This document shows, piece by piece, positions 9,338 to 18,748 of a stretch of DNA of 64,000 bases. The notes under the pieces were generated by a model. That model ran no database searches. It had not been told where the DNA came from and worked only from the letters and a program-made list of their open reading frames with translations. The position numbers were made by a program, and so were the translations under genes. The stretch covers positions 84,211 to 148,210 of the forward strand of contig JBILDU010000001.1 of the NCBI GenBank assembly GCA_044352465.1. Reading direction: 5' to 3'. How positions within the stretch are numbered: position 1 is the first letter of the stretch; every line of letters begins with the position of its first letter. The DNA comes from Bdellovibrionota bacterium (lineage in GTDB: Bacteria > Bdellovibrionota_C > UBA2361).

Positions 9338-9940
9338 GTGAAGACGCCGGATAGAGGCGGGGAGAGAGAAATGACTAAAAAACGAGAGAGGCAGATGGAG
9401 ATGAAAGCCGTCGGAAACAACGTGAGGCGGGTCTTGATTGCGGCGTTCGTTATACCGCTCTTTATCGCGAGCGGAGCAAGAGCGGAGCAAAAATACCTGG
9501 TTAAGGTCGGTGTCTTTGAGGACATCAGAGTGTGCCCTTTATATCTACCCAACCCGTGCGAGGCTGCACCGGTTGGCCCGATTAAGGGGGTGCGGGTAAC
9601 GTTTCGAACGAGCACCGGAAAGCTTCAAGGTCGGGTGCGCACCGCTCGAGACGGGATCGCCAGATTCCGTCTTCCAAACGGTGAGTATGTAGCCTCGATC
9701 AATCTACCCGGATATCGGCAGAGATTCATCGTCGATAACCGTAAGCCCGAGATGGTTGTGATGTCGATCGGGAAAGCGAAGGTTAAGGACTACGGACTGA
9801 TAGGGCATCGCGGAAGAAGCTCGGTACCAATAAGCCCGGTGCCAATAAGCCCGGTGCGGGTGCAAAGTATCCCCGTTTTCGCTACCATAGATGGGTTATT
9901 GAGGCTCAATCGTGGTCGCGAAGATGGAGATTTTTATTGA
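9338..9940 (+). CDS. small secreted protein with a carboxypeptidase-regulatory-like domain
   Basis: Signal peptide ...VRRVLIAAFVIPLFIASGARA. The likely start is an internal Met near 9395-9401. Motif VRVTFRTSTGKLQGRV...DGIARFRLPNGEYV. A 15-bp tandem duplication encodes VPISPVPISPV. Confidence 0.5.
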   Translation: MKTPDRGGEREMTKKRERQMEMKAVGNNVRRVLIAAFVIPLFIASGARAEQKYLVKVGVFEDIRVCPLYLPNPCEAAPVGPIKGVRVTFRTSTGKLQGRVRTARDGIARFRLPNGEYVASINLPGYRQRFIVDNRKPEMVVMSIGKAKVKDYGLIGHRGRSSVPISPVPISPVRVQSIPVFATIDGLLRLNRGREDGDFY

Positions 9941-10044
9941 TCGGTATCGACACCCGTCGCTCTTCGTTTCGCTGCCCCCGGTGGCGGAGCGGCCGCGGCG
10001 GCTGATCGGTGGTTACGGCGCCGGACGAGCGATGACCGAAAAGA

Positions 10045-11058
10045 TCACACACGGTACCTTTTAAAAAACCGAGAAGCGATCTCCGGCTTCTGGCATAGGG
10101 CTGAAGAGAAAGAGAGTAACGCGATGCCGGAAAGACCGAGCACGAGGTTGATATCAGGCGCGGGGAAAACGGCTTGTATTATAATGACCGAGAGGACGGG
10201 GAGGAGGTAGATTATCGAGGTCACCTTTTCAATCGGAATCGCTTGGCGTCTCGCTTCGGCGACAGCTCTTGTCCACACAAAATAGCCAACGCCATCCATG
10301 ACGATGCCAAAGAGGATAGTGATCGCGAGCGAGAGCGGTGGGACCTCGTGAAGGGAGCCCAACTCCGGTAGTGAAAACGGGAGGAGGACGAGCATCCCGG
10401 AGATCGAGGAGAGCACCAGAAACCGAAATTGCTGGTCCGCGCTGATGGTGCTACTGAACGCTGAGTAGAACCCATACGCAGCACCGGCGGCGAGACCCAA
10501 CGCGACCGCGATCCACGGTAGGTCACCGAGCGAGGTCGGTGAGACCGAGAATAGAACGAGAGCAACAGCGACCGCGCCGAGAGCCATGCCGATAAGAAGA
10601 ACGGCTCGCTCAAGCCGCGTGGACGTATTCGCGGGTGGCCCATACTCCTCGCTCATCTCGGAGGGTTGGCGATCCACCGGACTACCGGTGCGCTGAGAGA
10701 AGAGGAGCGCGCTAAAGATAGCAGTAAAGAGCGGCCACGTGTAATTCAGTGCGGCGCTGAGCGCTGCGACCGGGGTATGGCGAAAGCTCCCCCCATAAAA
10801 GAGCCAGTACCACCCGTATCCGAAACTCGAGATGATTCCGATCGGGGCCAGGATCTCACGGGCTGAAACAGAGACCCAACTCCCGGTGATCAGACGCGCA
10901 CCGATCTGGAAGGTAAGAAAGGTGCAGAACGTGCTGAGAAGAAAGAGCCCAGCACCGGAGTGAAACGCCATAATCTTTCCACCGACCGCTCCAAACGCCC
11001 ACAGGAGCACCGTCGTCCAAGCGAGTGCGCGGGGGGAGGCTAGAAAAGTCGATAGCAT
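10045..11058 (-). CDS. DMT-superfamily (EamA-like) transporter
   Basis: 337 aa with about 10 predicted TM helices and two duplicated EamA-like halves. Confidence 0.5.
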   Translation of the reverse strand: MLSTFLASPRALAWTTVLLWAFGAVGGKIMAFHSGAGLFLLSTFCTFLTFQIGARLITGSWVSVSAREILAPIGIISSFGYGWYWLFYGGSFRHTPVAALSAALNYTWPLFTAIFSALLFSQRTGSPVDRQPSEMSEEYGPPANTSTRLERAVLLIGMALGAVAVALVLFSVSPTSLGDLPWIAVALGLAAGAAYGFYSAFSSTISADQQFRFLVLSSISGMLVLLPFSLPELGSLHEVPPLSLAITILFGIVMDGVGYFVWTRAVAEARRQAIPIEKVTSIIYLLPVLSVIIIQAVFPAPDINLVLGLSGIALLSFSSALCQKPEIASRFFKRYRV

Positions 11059-11340
11059 ATACCGAGCTCAGAACGAGGGTGTTCACACGTATCTCGGCCA
11101 GACCGGGATTGCAAGCGTACCTGAGAAGAGGGCAGATCCTTGGAGGTCATCATCGATAATCCACCGCTCAGATACATGCTCGCGGAGCGGTTTTTATCGG
11201 CTCCAGAGTAAGGCATGGCTGTATTTTTTTTTGAAATCGACGTATTTTTTGGGGAATCTCGGTACTCGTTCCGTAATTTTTTAGTAAGAAAAGTGAGTGC
11301 ATACGCCGAGTGCTCCTCCCCCTCACGAAGCAGCTTCAAT

Positions 11341-12417
11341 ATGAGAAAGATATTCGACGAGCGCTTCGAAGAGGGATGTGCCAATGAAGAGGCCAGTGTA
11401 CCGAGCGTTTTTCTTGGGGGACCCTCCACCGCCGCGGTGTTCGCCGGTTTTGGCGCGCTTACGGCGGTCGCTGCACCCCCACCTCAGAGCGTGGCGTTCT
11501 ACGCCCCCGACTTTCAACTCTCGAGTCCCGAGCCGTGGTTCGTGCCGGAGCGATATGAGTCTATCGTCGCCACGCCCCGTGGACCGGTCGCGCCCCTTAC
11601 CAGCGGAACCTCTTTTATCCCCCTTCAGCGTAACGTGGTCGAAGGCGAGGTTGAATCGTTGCTCGCTCTTCTTCGAAGCGGTGAGCTTAGGAAGATAGTC
11701 CCCGTTTGGTTCGAGCGGAGCGAGTGGGTTCCGCACGAATCGGAGAGGGGGGCGTTGTATCGAAACGTTCTCTATCACCGTGGTGATCAGAGCCCGTACG
11801 GCTTTTTTGGAACGAACGAGGGCATGATCGGTCTAACTCCGGAGGTCCTCTTTCACGTCGATAGCGCTGGTGTGATCGGGACGATGGCGCTTGCAGGAAC
11901 CCATCCGGTGCAGGGTAGGTTAACGGCGGCTGACCTGTTATCGGACGAAAAGGAACGGCGAGAGCATCGCCTCGTCGTCGAGTTTATTGAGGGAGCGCTC
12001 TGCGACCTCGGTGATGTCGCGATCGGAGAGACCATGGTGCGGGAGCTTCCGCGGCTACGCCATCTGTATACCCCGATAACGGTCTCTCCGCGTCGCCCAC
12101 CTCAGTTTGAGGAGCTGGTGCGGAGACTCCATCCCACCCCAGCGCTCGGTGCGGTGCCGCGTGAGAGTGGACTACGGCGACTTTTTGAACGTGAGGGGGT
12201 CATTCCGCGAGGTCGTCACGGAGCCCCCTTCGGAGTGGTGTTCCCGAGCGGTGAGATGTTGTGTGTCGTGGCGATTCGAAATCTTCAATGGGATCAAAGC
12301 GGTTCGATGATCGGCGCAGGGTGTGGTATCGTCGCGGGGTCCGACCCAGCGCGAGAGTTTAAAGAGGCTACCGCCAAGATCTCCTCTGTCCGGACGATAT
12401 TAGGGCTTAAAGGGTGA
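11341..12417 (+). CDS. menF: isochorismate synthase
   Basis: Chorismate-binding enzyme motifs (PTPALGAVP, GAGCGIVAGSDPAREFKE). The ORF opens at 11215, but the ATG at 11341 follows an AT-rich promoter-like stretch. Its stop overlaps the menD start (GTGA). Confidence 0.75.
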   Translation: MRKIFDERFEEGCANEEASVPSVFLGGPSTAAVFAGFGALTAVAAPPPQSVAFYAPDFQLSSPEPWFVPERYESIVATPRGPVAPLTSGTSFIPLQRNVVEGEVESLLALLRSGELRKIVPVWFERSEWVPHESERGALYRNVLYHRGDQSPYGFFGTNEGMIGLTPEVLFHVDSAGVIGTMALAGTHPVQGRLTAADLLSDEKERREHRLVVEFIEGALCDLGDVAIGETMVRELPRLRHLYTPITVSPRRPPQFEELVRRLHPTPALGAVPRESGLRRLFEREGVIPRGRHGAPFGVVFPSGEMLCVVAIRNLQWDQSGSMIGAGCGIVAGSDPAREFKEATAKISSVRTILGLKG

Positions 12418-13982
12418 AAAATCGGAGTCTGGCTACTGCAGCGCTGAATCTCCTCGCGAAGCTCGGGGTGATGGAGGTGTGTGTCTGTGCGGGGCGACGG
12501 GATGCCCCCCTCATCCAAATTCTCGAAAAGCAGCGGGGCTTCCGGGTACATTCGTTTTTTGAGGAGCGGAGCGCCGCTTTCTTTGCGCTTGGTTGCGCGA
12601 AGAGAACCGGGCGTCCGGGGGCGATCGTGACCACCTCGGGGACGGCGGTGGCGGAGCTTCTCCCAGCATTCATCGAGGCGCATTATAGCGGCTACTCACT
12701 CATCGCCGTGACGGCCGATCGTCCCCGGAGGCTCCGTGGCACCGGCGCGCCGCAAACGATCGATCAGGTGGGGATCTTTGGCTCGTACGTCGCGCAATGT
12801 ATCGATCGTGAGGTGGGAGAAGAACTCCCCCACGATATCCTCCTCGACCGAGGGTCGCTTCACCTTAACCTTGCATTCGATGAGCCTCTGAACGAAGGGG
12901 AGCCACCAACACTTGATTTCGACGTTGCTGCCGGAGAGTCGCCTCGCTCGCTCGAAACCACTGTGTTGACGGAAAAGCTTACCCGGTTCCTCGCAGGGGG
13001 TACCTCGCCCCTTGTCGTGGTAGGTCCGGTGAAAGCGACTGCGCGGGAAGGGGTGGAGCGGTTCGTTCGTGCGCTCAAAGCGCCGACCCTTGTGGAGGGA
13101 GCATCGGGGCTCCGGGGGGCGCCGTCTCTTCAAGATATAGAACTCGTCGGTGGAAACAACTTCCTCCAAAAACTTCTTTCCGCAGGCACGTTCGACCGAA
13201 TAGTTCGGGTTGGTGGGGTGCCGTCAGCGCGGGTATGGCGCGACCTCGACGAGAAATTTTCCTCTCTCCCGGTGCTGCACATCACCGACACCGTGTTCCC
13301 GGGGCTTGGCCGGGGAGATGTGGTGACGGTCGCGCTCGAAGGATTACCGGCACGACACATGCCGGAGTGGGGAGCGACGAGTGCGAACGTATCTGTACAT
13401 GACCGTAGGGCAGGTGCGGCGTTAGTCGAGTGTATCGAAAGCGAGCCTACCTCGGAGGTAGCGCTCGTGCGGGCGCTCTCGGAGCGGATTGCTGCGGAAG
13501 CCGCGGTGTATCTCGGTAACAGCCTACCGATTCGGGAATGGGATCTCGGTGCGGTACGGGAGAAGATGTGGCGCGCTGTCGAGGCGAATCGGGGTGCAAA
13601 CGGAATCGATGGTCAGCTCTCGACCTTTTTCGGGTGGAGCCTCGAAGCGACGGAGCGTTGGTGTATCCTCGGCGACCTGACAACTCTATATGATCTCAGT
13701 GCGCCGTCGTGTGCGCCCGAGAGCGGTAAGATCCGGATCGTCATCGTCAATAACGGGGGGGGCCAGATCTTTCGGCGAATGTTTTCTGAGAAGCTCTTTA
13801 GAAACGAACACTCCGTTTCGTTTGAAGGGTGGGCCTCGATGTGGGGCTTTGCATACCTCCGGGTTGATGGGGCTCCGGTCCCCGCAGATCTCCCCGATCG
13901 CGTTGTCATCGAAATTCGCCCCGACCAAGCGGCGAGCGATCGGATGTGGGCGCGATACGATTCGCTCTCGATGACTCGCTAG
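12414..13982 (+). CDS. menD: SEPHCHC synthase (ThDP-dependent)
   Basis: 522 aa with N-terminal ThDP-pyrimidine-binding region (GRPGAIVTTSGTAVAELLPAFIEA) and overall MenD architecture. GTG start. Confidence 0.8.
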   Translation: MKNRSLATAALNLLAKLGVMEVCVCAGRRDAPLIQILEKQRGFRVHSFFEERSAAFFALGCAKRTGRPGAIVTTSGTAVAELLPAFIEAHYSGYSLIAVTADRPRRLRGTGAPQTIDQVGIFGSYVAQCIDREVGEELPHDILLDRGSLHLNLAFDEPLNEGEPPTLDFDVAAGESPRSLETTVLTEKLTRFLAGGTSPLVVVGPVKATAREGVERFVRALKAPTLVEGASGLRGAPSLQDIELVGGNNFLQKLLSAGTFDRIVRVGGVPSARVWRDLDEKFSSLPVLHITDTVFPGLGRGDVVTVALEGLPARHMPEWGATSANVSVHDRRAGAALVECIESEPTSEVALVRALSERIAAEAAVYLGNSLPIREWDLGAVREKMWRAVEANRGANGIDGQLSTFFGWSLEATERWCILGDLTTLYDLSAPSCAPESGKIRIVIVNNGGGQIFRRMFSEKLFRNEHSVSFEGWASMWGFAYLRVDGAPVPADLPDRVVIEIRPDQAASDRMWARYDSLSMTR

Positions 13983-14002
13983 ACCGATGATTCCATCCTT
14001 TT

Positions 14003-14253
14003 TGAGGGCCGGATTCTATCTAGCCGAAGCGCCGCAGGTGGTTCAATCGATCTGGAGGGCCGGATTCTATCCGGCCGAGTAGCGCCATTGGTGATTCGAG
14101 CGCGGCTCGACAGAGTCGAGCCCTCCACACGGTTGCGGTGATTCGATCATATTGGAGGGCCGGACTCTGTCCGGCCGAGTAGCGCCACTGGTGATTCGAG
14201 CGCGGCTCGACGGAGTCGAGCCCTCCACAGGCCGCCTGGGGTGATTTGATCAC
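14003..14253 (+). repeat. structured ~100-bp tandem repeat (2.5 copies), REP/MITE-like
   Basis: Unit TGGAGGGCCGGATTCTATCCGGCCGAGTAGCGCCATTGGTGATTCGAGCGCGGCTCGACAGAGTCGAGCCCTCCACA. Each unit has two internal hairpins (GCCGGA...TCCGGC and GGCTCGAC...GTCGAGCC) flanked by GGAGGG/CCCTCC. Full copies at 14053-14152 and 14153-14253, plus a partial copy at 14003-14052. Confidence 0.85.
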
Positions 14254-14326
14254 GGCTGAACTGAATCTCGCTCCCCAAACAATGACGTTGCCGGTCGCGT
14301 GATAATCGAGTACTCCGGTAGTTACT

Positions 14327-15376
14327 ATGGAGCAGCACAGATCGCCTAGCGCACCGCCGAAGCTCTCTCCTGGGGATAAGGTCGCCATACTTTCCCCCTC
14401 TTTTTGCGCTCCGGCGGTGTGGCCCCATGTTCACGAGCTCGGACTAAAGAGGCTCCGTGAACGTTTCAGCCTTGAGCCGGTTGAGTATCCGACTACACGA
14501 AAATTCGGAGCCGCCCCCGCCGAGCGTGCAGCGGATCTCGTTGCGGCGTTTGAGTCCCCCGAGATTAAGGCGGTTTTTGCCACGATCGGCGGAGACGACC
14601 AGGTCGTCTGGATAAAGGATCTCCCCGCGGAGCCTTTTCGTCGAAATCCGAAGCCGTTCTTCGGCTACAGCGATAACACCCATTTCATGAACTTCTTGTG
14701 GCTAAACGGCGTGCCCTCGTTTTACGGTGGCGCGATCTTCACCGAGTTCGCGGCGTTCGGTGGCATGGACGACTTTACCGTAGAGTATCTGCGCCACGCC
14801 CTCTTTGGGGGTGGCGCGGTGGCGCTCAAGAGCAGCGCGACCTGCAACGATATCGATCGAGACTGGAGCGACCAAAGCCTTATCGAGGTAAAGCCTGAGT
14901 ACGAACCGAACTCGGGGTGGCTCTGGGACGGAGACGGCATCGCCGAGGGAACCACCTGGGGTGGCTGTCTTGAGTCGGTGGACGAGCTCTTACGCCACGG
15001 AACCGCGATTCCAAGCCTTACCGACTTTGAAGAGATCATCTTGCTCCTTGAGACATCGGAGGAGCTCCCCTCAGCACCGTATGTGAATCGAGTGATGAGA
15101 GCGCTTGGGGAGCGAGGGATCCTCGGTCGTATACGGGGTCTTCTCGTCGGCCGACCGAAAGGATGGAGCTTCGATCAACCGTTATCGGCTCCGGCGAAAG
15201 CCGCGTACCGAAAGACACAACATGAGGTATTTGTGCGTGGCGTTCGTTCCTACAACGCCGCGGCACCGATAGTTCAGAACCTCGACTTCGGGCACACAGC
15301 GCCGCAGATCTGTATTCCTTTTGGCGGCCGGTGCGTGATCGACGGCTCTTTACGAGAGATAGAAGTCCAATTTTAG
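14327..15376 (+). CDS. LD-carboxypeptidase (peptidase S66, LdcA/MccF-like)
   Basis: 349 aa. Catalytic Ser motif FFGYSDNTHF. C-terminal His region and overall S66 layout. Confidence 0.7.
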   Translation: MEQHRSPSAPPKLSPGDKVAILSPSFCAPAVWPHVHELGLKRLRERFSLEPVEYPTTRKFGAAPAERAADLVAAFESPEIKAVFATIGGDDQVVWIKDLPAEPFRRNPKPFFGYSDNTHFMNFLWLNGVPSFYGGAIFTEFAAFGGMDDFTVEYLRHALFGGGAVALKSSATCNDIDRDWSDQSLIEVKPEYEPNSGWLWDGDGIAEGTTWGGCLESVDELLRHGTAIPSLTDFEEIILLLETSEELPSAPYVNRVMRALGERGILGRIRGLLVGRPKGWSFDQPLSAPAKAAYRKTQHEVFVRGVRSYNAAAPIVQNLDFGHTAPQICIPFGGRCVIDGSLREIEVQF

Positions 15377-15499
15377 GATCCCGATCTCAAATTTGTCGTA
15401 TCGACTCTCAGCGAACAGCCACTGGCCCCGCTCGCTTGGGGCGATTACTCTGCCATAAAATAAGAATTGATGTATCGAATAATCAGTGCATTAGACCGT

Positions 15500-15871
15500 T
15501 TAATCAGCGGACACAGCTTTTGCATTTTTGAATGCCTGCTCACATCGTACGGTACATCTGAGAAAAATCGCTTCGAAATATGATCCTTCCTCAATCAGGC
15601 AATCCCTTAACTGAGCGCACCAGTATCCACACTGAACGCAGCTCAGGATGTCTTTCTGCTTTTCGCAGAGCGCGACCGCACCTTCCGCATTCGCCCTTGC
15701 GAGTGCACATTGGTCGCTTCCCCTAGAAGCGAAATCGGGATCTGCCTGCTCCAAAATTACTGTGAGCTCTGCGAGCTCGGAATCAAGCTGCTCAATCGGA
15801 GATGCGAGCACGCTTCCAGGGATACTTGAGACGAGGCAGAGGATTGTCGTAAAAATGTAAGCAAAACGCAT
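15500..15871 (-). CDS. small secreted cysteine-rich protein
   Basis: Signal peptide MRFAYIFTTILCLVSSIPGSVLA. The mature ~100 aa has 7 Cys, including CVQCGYWC. The local GC is clearly lower than in the surroundings. Confidence 0.5.
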   Translation of the reverse strand: MRFAYIFTTILCLVSSIPGSVLASPIEQLDSELAELTVILEQADPDFASRGSDQCALARANAEGAVALCEKQKDILSCVQCGYWCAQLRDCLIEEGSYFEAIFLRCTVRCEQAFKNAKAVSAD

Positions 15872-16660
15872 ATATAAACCCCACATGGTACCGTTAGCCG
15901 AAGCTGATTAAGACCTTAGCAACTGGTCAGCTTTCAGAATAAAGTTATGCGAGGCAAGACCGCTGCTGTGCGCTAATGGTGCGCGATTTTGCTTAGTGGT
16001 TTCCGCTTGGTCTGGGTCAGCTACGTCAGAGCACCTCTTTTCCCGCGTGGCTGGGCTAGTGTGGATGTATTACGAATCGGCTTATTGGAGGATGTACCAT
16101 CTCATCGGTACCGTGCAGCAGGCCCATTTCGATTACCCAGAATAAGTGATGAGCAAAAGCGGCAGCCTTATGAGATGCTATGGCGTTCCTCGCCATCGAG
16201 CTTTCATTAAAACTATTTGTAGGGAGGCGGGACAATTTTGTCCCAACCACGCGGTCGTCGGAGTCTGGTCGACCGCGAACAGATGTAACGCCTCCGCGGG
16301 GGCGTGGACGACCGGGAGCGGGGAGCGCTAAGCAGTTACAGGGGCAAATAATTGCGCGCGGGCGAAGACGTAGCGCGGAGCGAACCGAACCGTATTCAGG
16401 GAACCTCCCTTATTGACTCAGCGTTGTTCGCTTTGCTCCTATTCCCCAACGGTAAGGAGTTTACCGTTGAGGAGTCACGCCACGTGGGGCGAAGGAGTAC
16501 GCGTCGAGCTGATACTCAAGGTCAGATGTGAATTGGACAGGGGGCTCGGGGAAGGTCCCTCGGCCGATTCGATACGCGAGCCGCTTTGCTTTTGCAGTTG
16601 CCCGGCTCTCCCTGGCCAGGCTAATGATTCTTTCAGAAGATGAAGAAGTTTCCGAGAGAA

Positions 16661-18748
16661 TCACCAGAGCCCCTCCAACGGAGCTCCAGTCAAGCGATTC
16701 ACGACGCGAGGGCGGATCTTGAGCTTTGACTCAATCGAGCTTAGGAGGTGCCCAACAGGTGTCTGTGCCCAAGAGTCAACGGGACGTTGAATCACCGCGA
16801 CGACGGGGGTCACTGCATCAAATCGAGCCGCCTCGGCGTGACGATAGAGCTGGGTGCCCACGATGTTGTCTCCGAGAGAATGATGCTCCTTGTAGTTTTT
16901 ACTGACGAGGGTGTCGAGGGTACGTTTCACCTCGATTCCGAGGGTCTCCCCGGCCTTACTGCGAGCGATAATATCGTACTCAAAGCCATGCCTAATCGGT
17001 GAGCTGAGGCCGATAATCGTGTATTCACTCTTACTCAGGGCGACAGCCGTCGCCGCTTCGATGGGGAAGCCGGAGAAATGTTGAGTATCGTCTCCTTTCG
17101 CCCGTGCGCGGAGAACGACGAGGCTGTTGTCGAGAAGCTTTTCGATCCCTTTCACGTTGAGGCGGTCAAGATGTACGAGGTTTTCCAGGAAAAGAATCAC
17201 CTTCTCATCGCCAGCTGTATCGTATTGACGTGGTGCAACAAGAGCGATCTCACGTAGCTTTGCGATCGGATACCGTTCCGAACTAAGTTCGTTGAGGGCA
17301 TGCGCAAGGCGGCGAACGTGCCCCTCAATATCCGGGCATCGAGCCTGCCGGGCGAATGTGTGAAGAATCGATTGGATCTCGGGAGCGCGTATACCGTCTG
17401 TGCCTTCGAGCCCCTCCATTCCGTGGCGCACAGCCGCGCGTATTCCCTGATTCGGCTCACGGGTGAGCTCCATCGAGATCTGGAGAGAACGGCCGAGTAT
17501 CTTCTTGTATCCGGGCTCGGACTGTGGAATCGGTACCAAGGCTCCTTCGGCTGCACGGCGAATGACCTCGGCACCTTCCGCGGTGGTAACGAGGAATTGC
17601 TCGATGGGGACATCCCAGCGTGCGAGGGTGGCGAGACGTTTTAGGTGAGAGATTTTTTCGGGTCCACGTTTCAGTGGTTCCGCAAGCCGGTGTTCGATCC
17701 ATGTGGATGGATACATGAGCAATGTAAGCTCGACAACCGTCTCGTGAAGTTCGTTCATGTCACTAGCCGTGACGGTACATTTTTCGGGGATGTTGCACGC
17801 AAGATTGCGAGTTACCGTTGAGAGCCGTGGAAGGAGCTCCCTCCCGAGCTGGAGCTCCTGAGCGGCGACGGATGTGAGATATCCTCGCTCGGTGAGCTTC
17901 TCTAGCCACGACTCGGTTGTGGTAAGTCCGTATGCACGGAGGCGATCCATTTGTCCTAGGATAGCGGTGATTGAAGCGAAGGACGCTTCGGTAGCTTCGC
18001 TGAGATGTCGACACCCTTGCCGGAGTTCATTCAGGGTCTTGAGGTGGTCTCGCCCCTCGGGCCCAACAAAGTCCTGAACGAGTGGTACGATGAGTCGGTC
18101 AGCGCTGTTTTTCTCGACGTCCTCGAGGAGCTCAGAGAACTGCAGGTGTTCCTCAAGTGTCGTAAGCTCGAGACGTATAAATTGCTCGCACATACCGAGG
18201 AGCTCGGGGCCGGAGTCGCGAATGGGCTGAACGATTTGCTCACGGAGCGCAGTGACTTCAGAGCGAACCTCGGCCGCGGCAGGTCCAGATACCGCCTGAA
18301 ACGGTTGAGCCGCGATCAACTCGGGTTGTGGCGACTCGGGGCTCGATTCACGCGGGGTGAGGTTTTCATTTGAGAGGGGATTCGAGGGGAAGGCATCGAA
18401 GATCAGTTGGGTGATAACCCGGTATTCCGCGGTTCGGTCACTCGTACGAAAGGTATCCGGTAGTATCCCAGGATTTCGATTCGCGCGACGCTCGAAGATA
18501 TGAAGCTTGTGTTCTACCTCGGCGCGGAATGTAGCGCTGCCAAGCTCCGTATCGCCTCTCGCAGCCTCAAAAGCGGCGTAGACCGGGTCCGATCTCAGGA
18601 ATCGCTCGGTTTGTGCAAGGCCAACGAGAGGTGTCCGGCCCCGGAGTTCCTGATTCGGCGCCCTGGCGAGACGTTCAACGGCGTCGTACGCCGCTTCGCG
18701 CTGAGCCGGCGAAAGGCGTAGATCGATCGCTGTCTCGCTTTTGATCAT
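16661..18748 (-). CDS. large hypothetical protein with C-terminal PD-(D/E)xK nuclease-like domain
   Basis: 695 aa, mostly helical. The C-terminus carries E (PIEAATAVAL), D (FEYDIIA) and ExK (GIEVKR) with canonical restriction-endonuclease-fold spacing. No N-terminal motif was recognised. Confidence 0.55.
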   Translation of the reverse strand: MIKSETAIDLRLSPAQREAAYDAVERLARAPNQELRGRTPLVGLAQTERFLRSDPVYAAFEAARGDTELGSATFRAEVEHKLHIFERRANRNPGILPDTFRTSDRTAEYRVITQLIFDAFPSNPLSNENLTPRESSPESPQPELIAAQPFQAVSGPAAAEVRSEVTALREQIVQPIRDSGPELLGMCEQFIRLELTTLEEHLQFSELLEDVEKNSADRLIVPLVQDFVGPEGRDHLKTLNELRQGCRHLSEATEASFASITAILGQMDRLRAYGLTTTESWLEKLTERGYLTSVAAQELQLGRELLPRLSTVTRNLACNIPEKCTVTASDMNELHETVVELTLLMYPSTWIEHRLAEPLKRGPEKISHLKRLATLARWDVPIEQFLVTTAEGAEVIRRAAEGALVPIPQSEPGYKKILGRSLQISMELTREPNQGIRAAVRHGMEGLEGTDGIRAPEIQSILHTFARQARCPDIEGHVRRLAHALNELSSERYPIAKLREIALVAPRQYDTAGDEKVILFLENLVHLDRLNVKGIEKLLDNSLVVLRARAKGDDTQHFSGFPIEAATAVALSKSEYTIIGLSSPIRHGFEYDIIARSKAGETLGIEVKRTLDTLVSKNYKEHHSLGDNIVGTQLYRHAEAARFDAVTPVVAVIQRPVDSWAQTPVGHLLSSIESKLKIRPRVVNRLTGAPLEGLW

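Noticed and set aside
14020-14434. Two minus-strand ORFs (14020..14388 and 14147..14434) encoding repeated RRAALESP.ALLGR.ESGPP peptides
   Set aside because: They lie entirely within the 100-bp tandem DNA repeat. The peptide repetition mirrors the nucleotide repeat, so this is not a gene.
16200-16420. Possible structured ncRNA between the Cys-rich gene and the 695-aa gene (GGGACAATTTTGTCCC perfect hairpin, GGAGGCG...CGCCTCC pairing)
   Set aside because: It matches no RNA family I recognise (RNase P, SRP, tmRNA or 6S signatures are absent). Isolated hairpins are common in GC-rich DNA. I left it unreported as a feature and mention it here only as a low-priority RNA-seq check.
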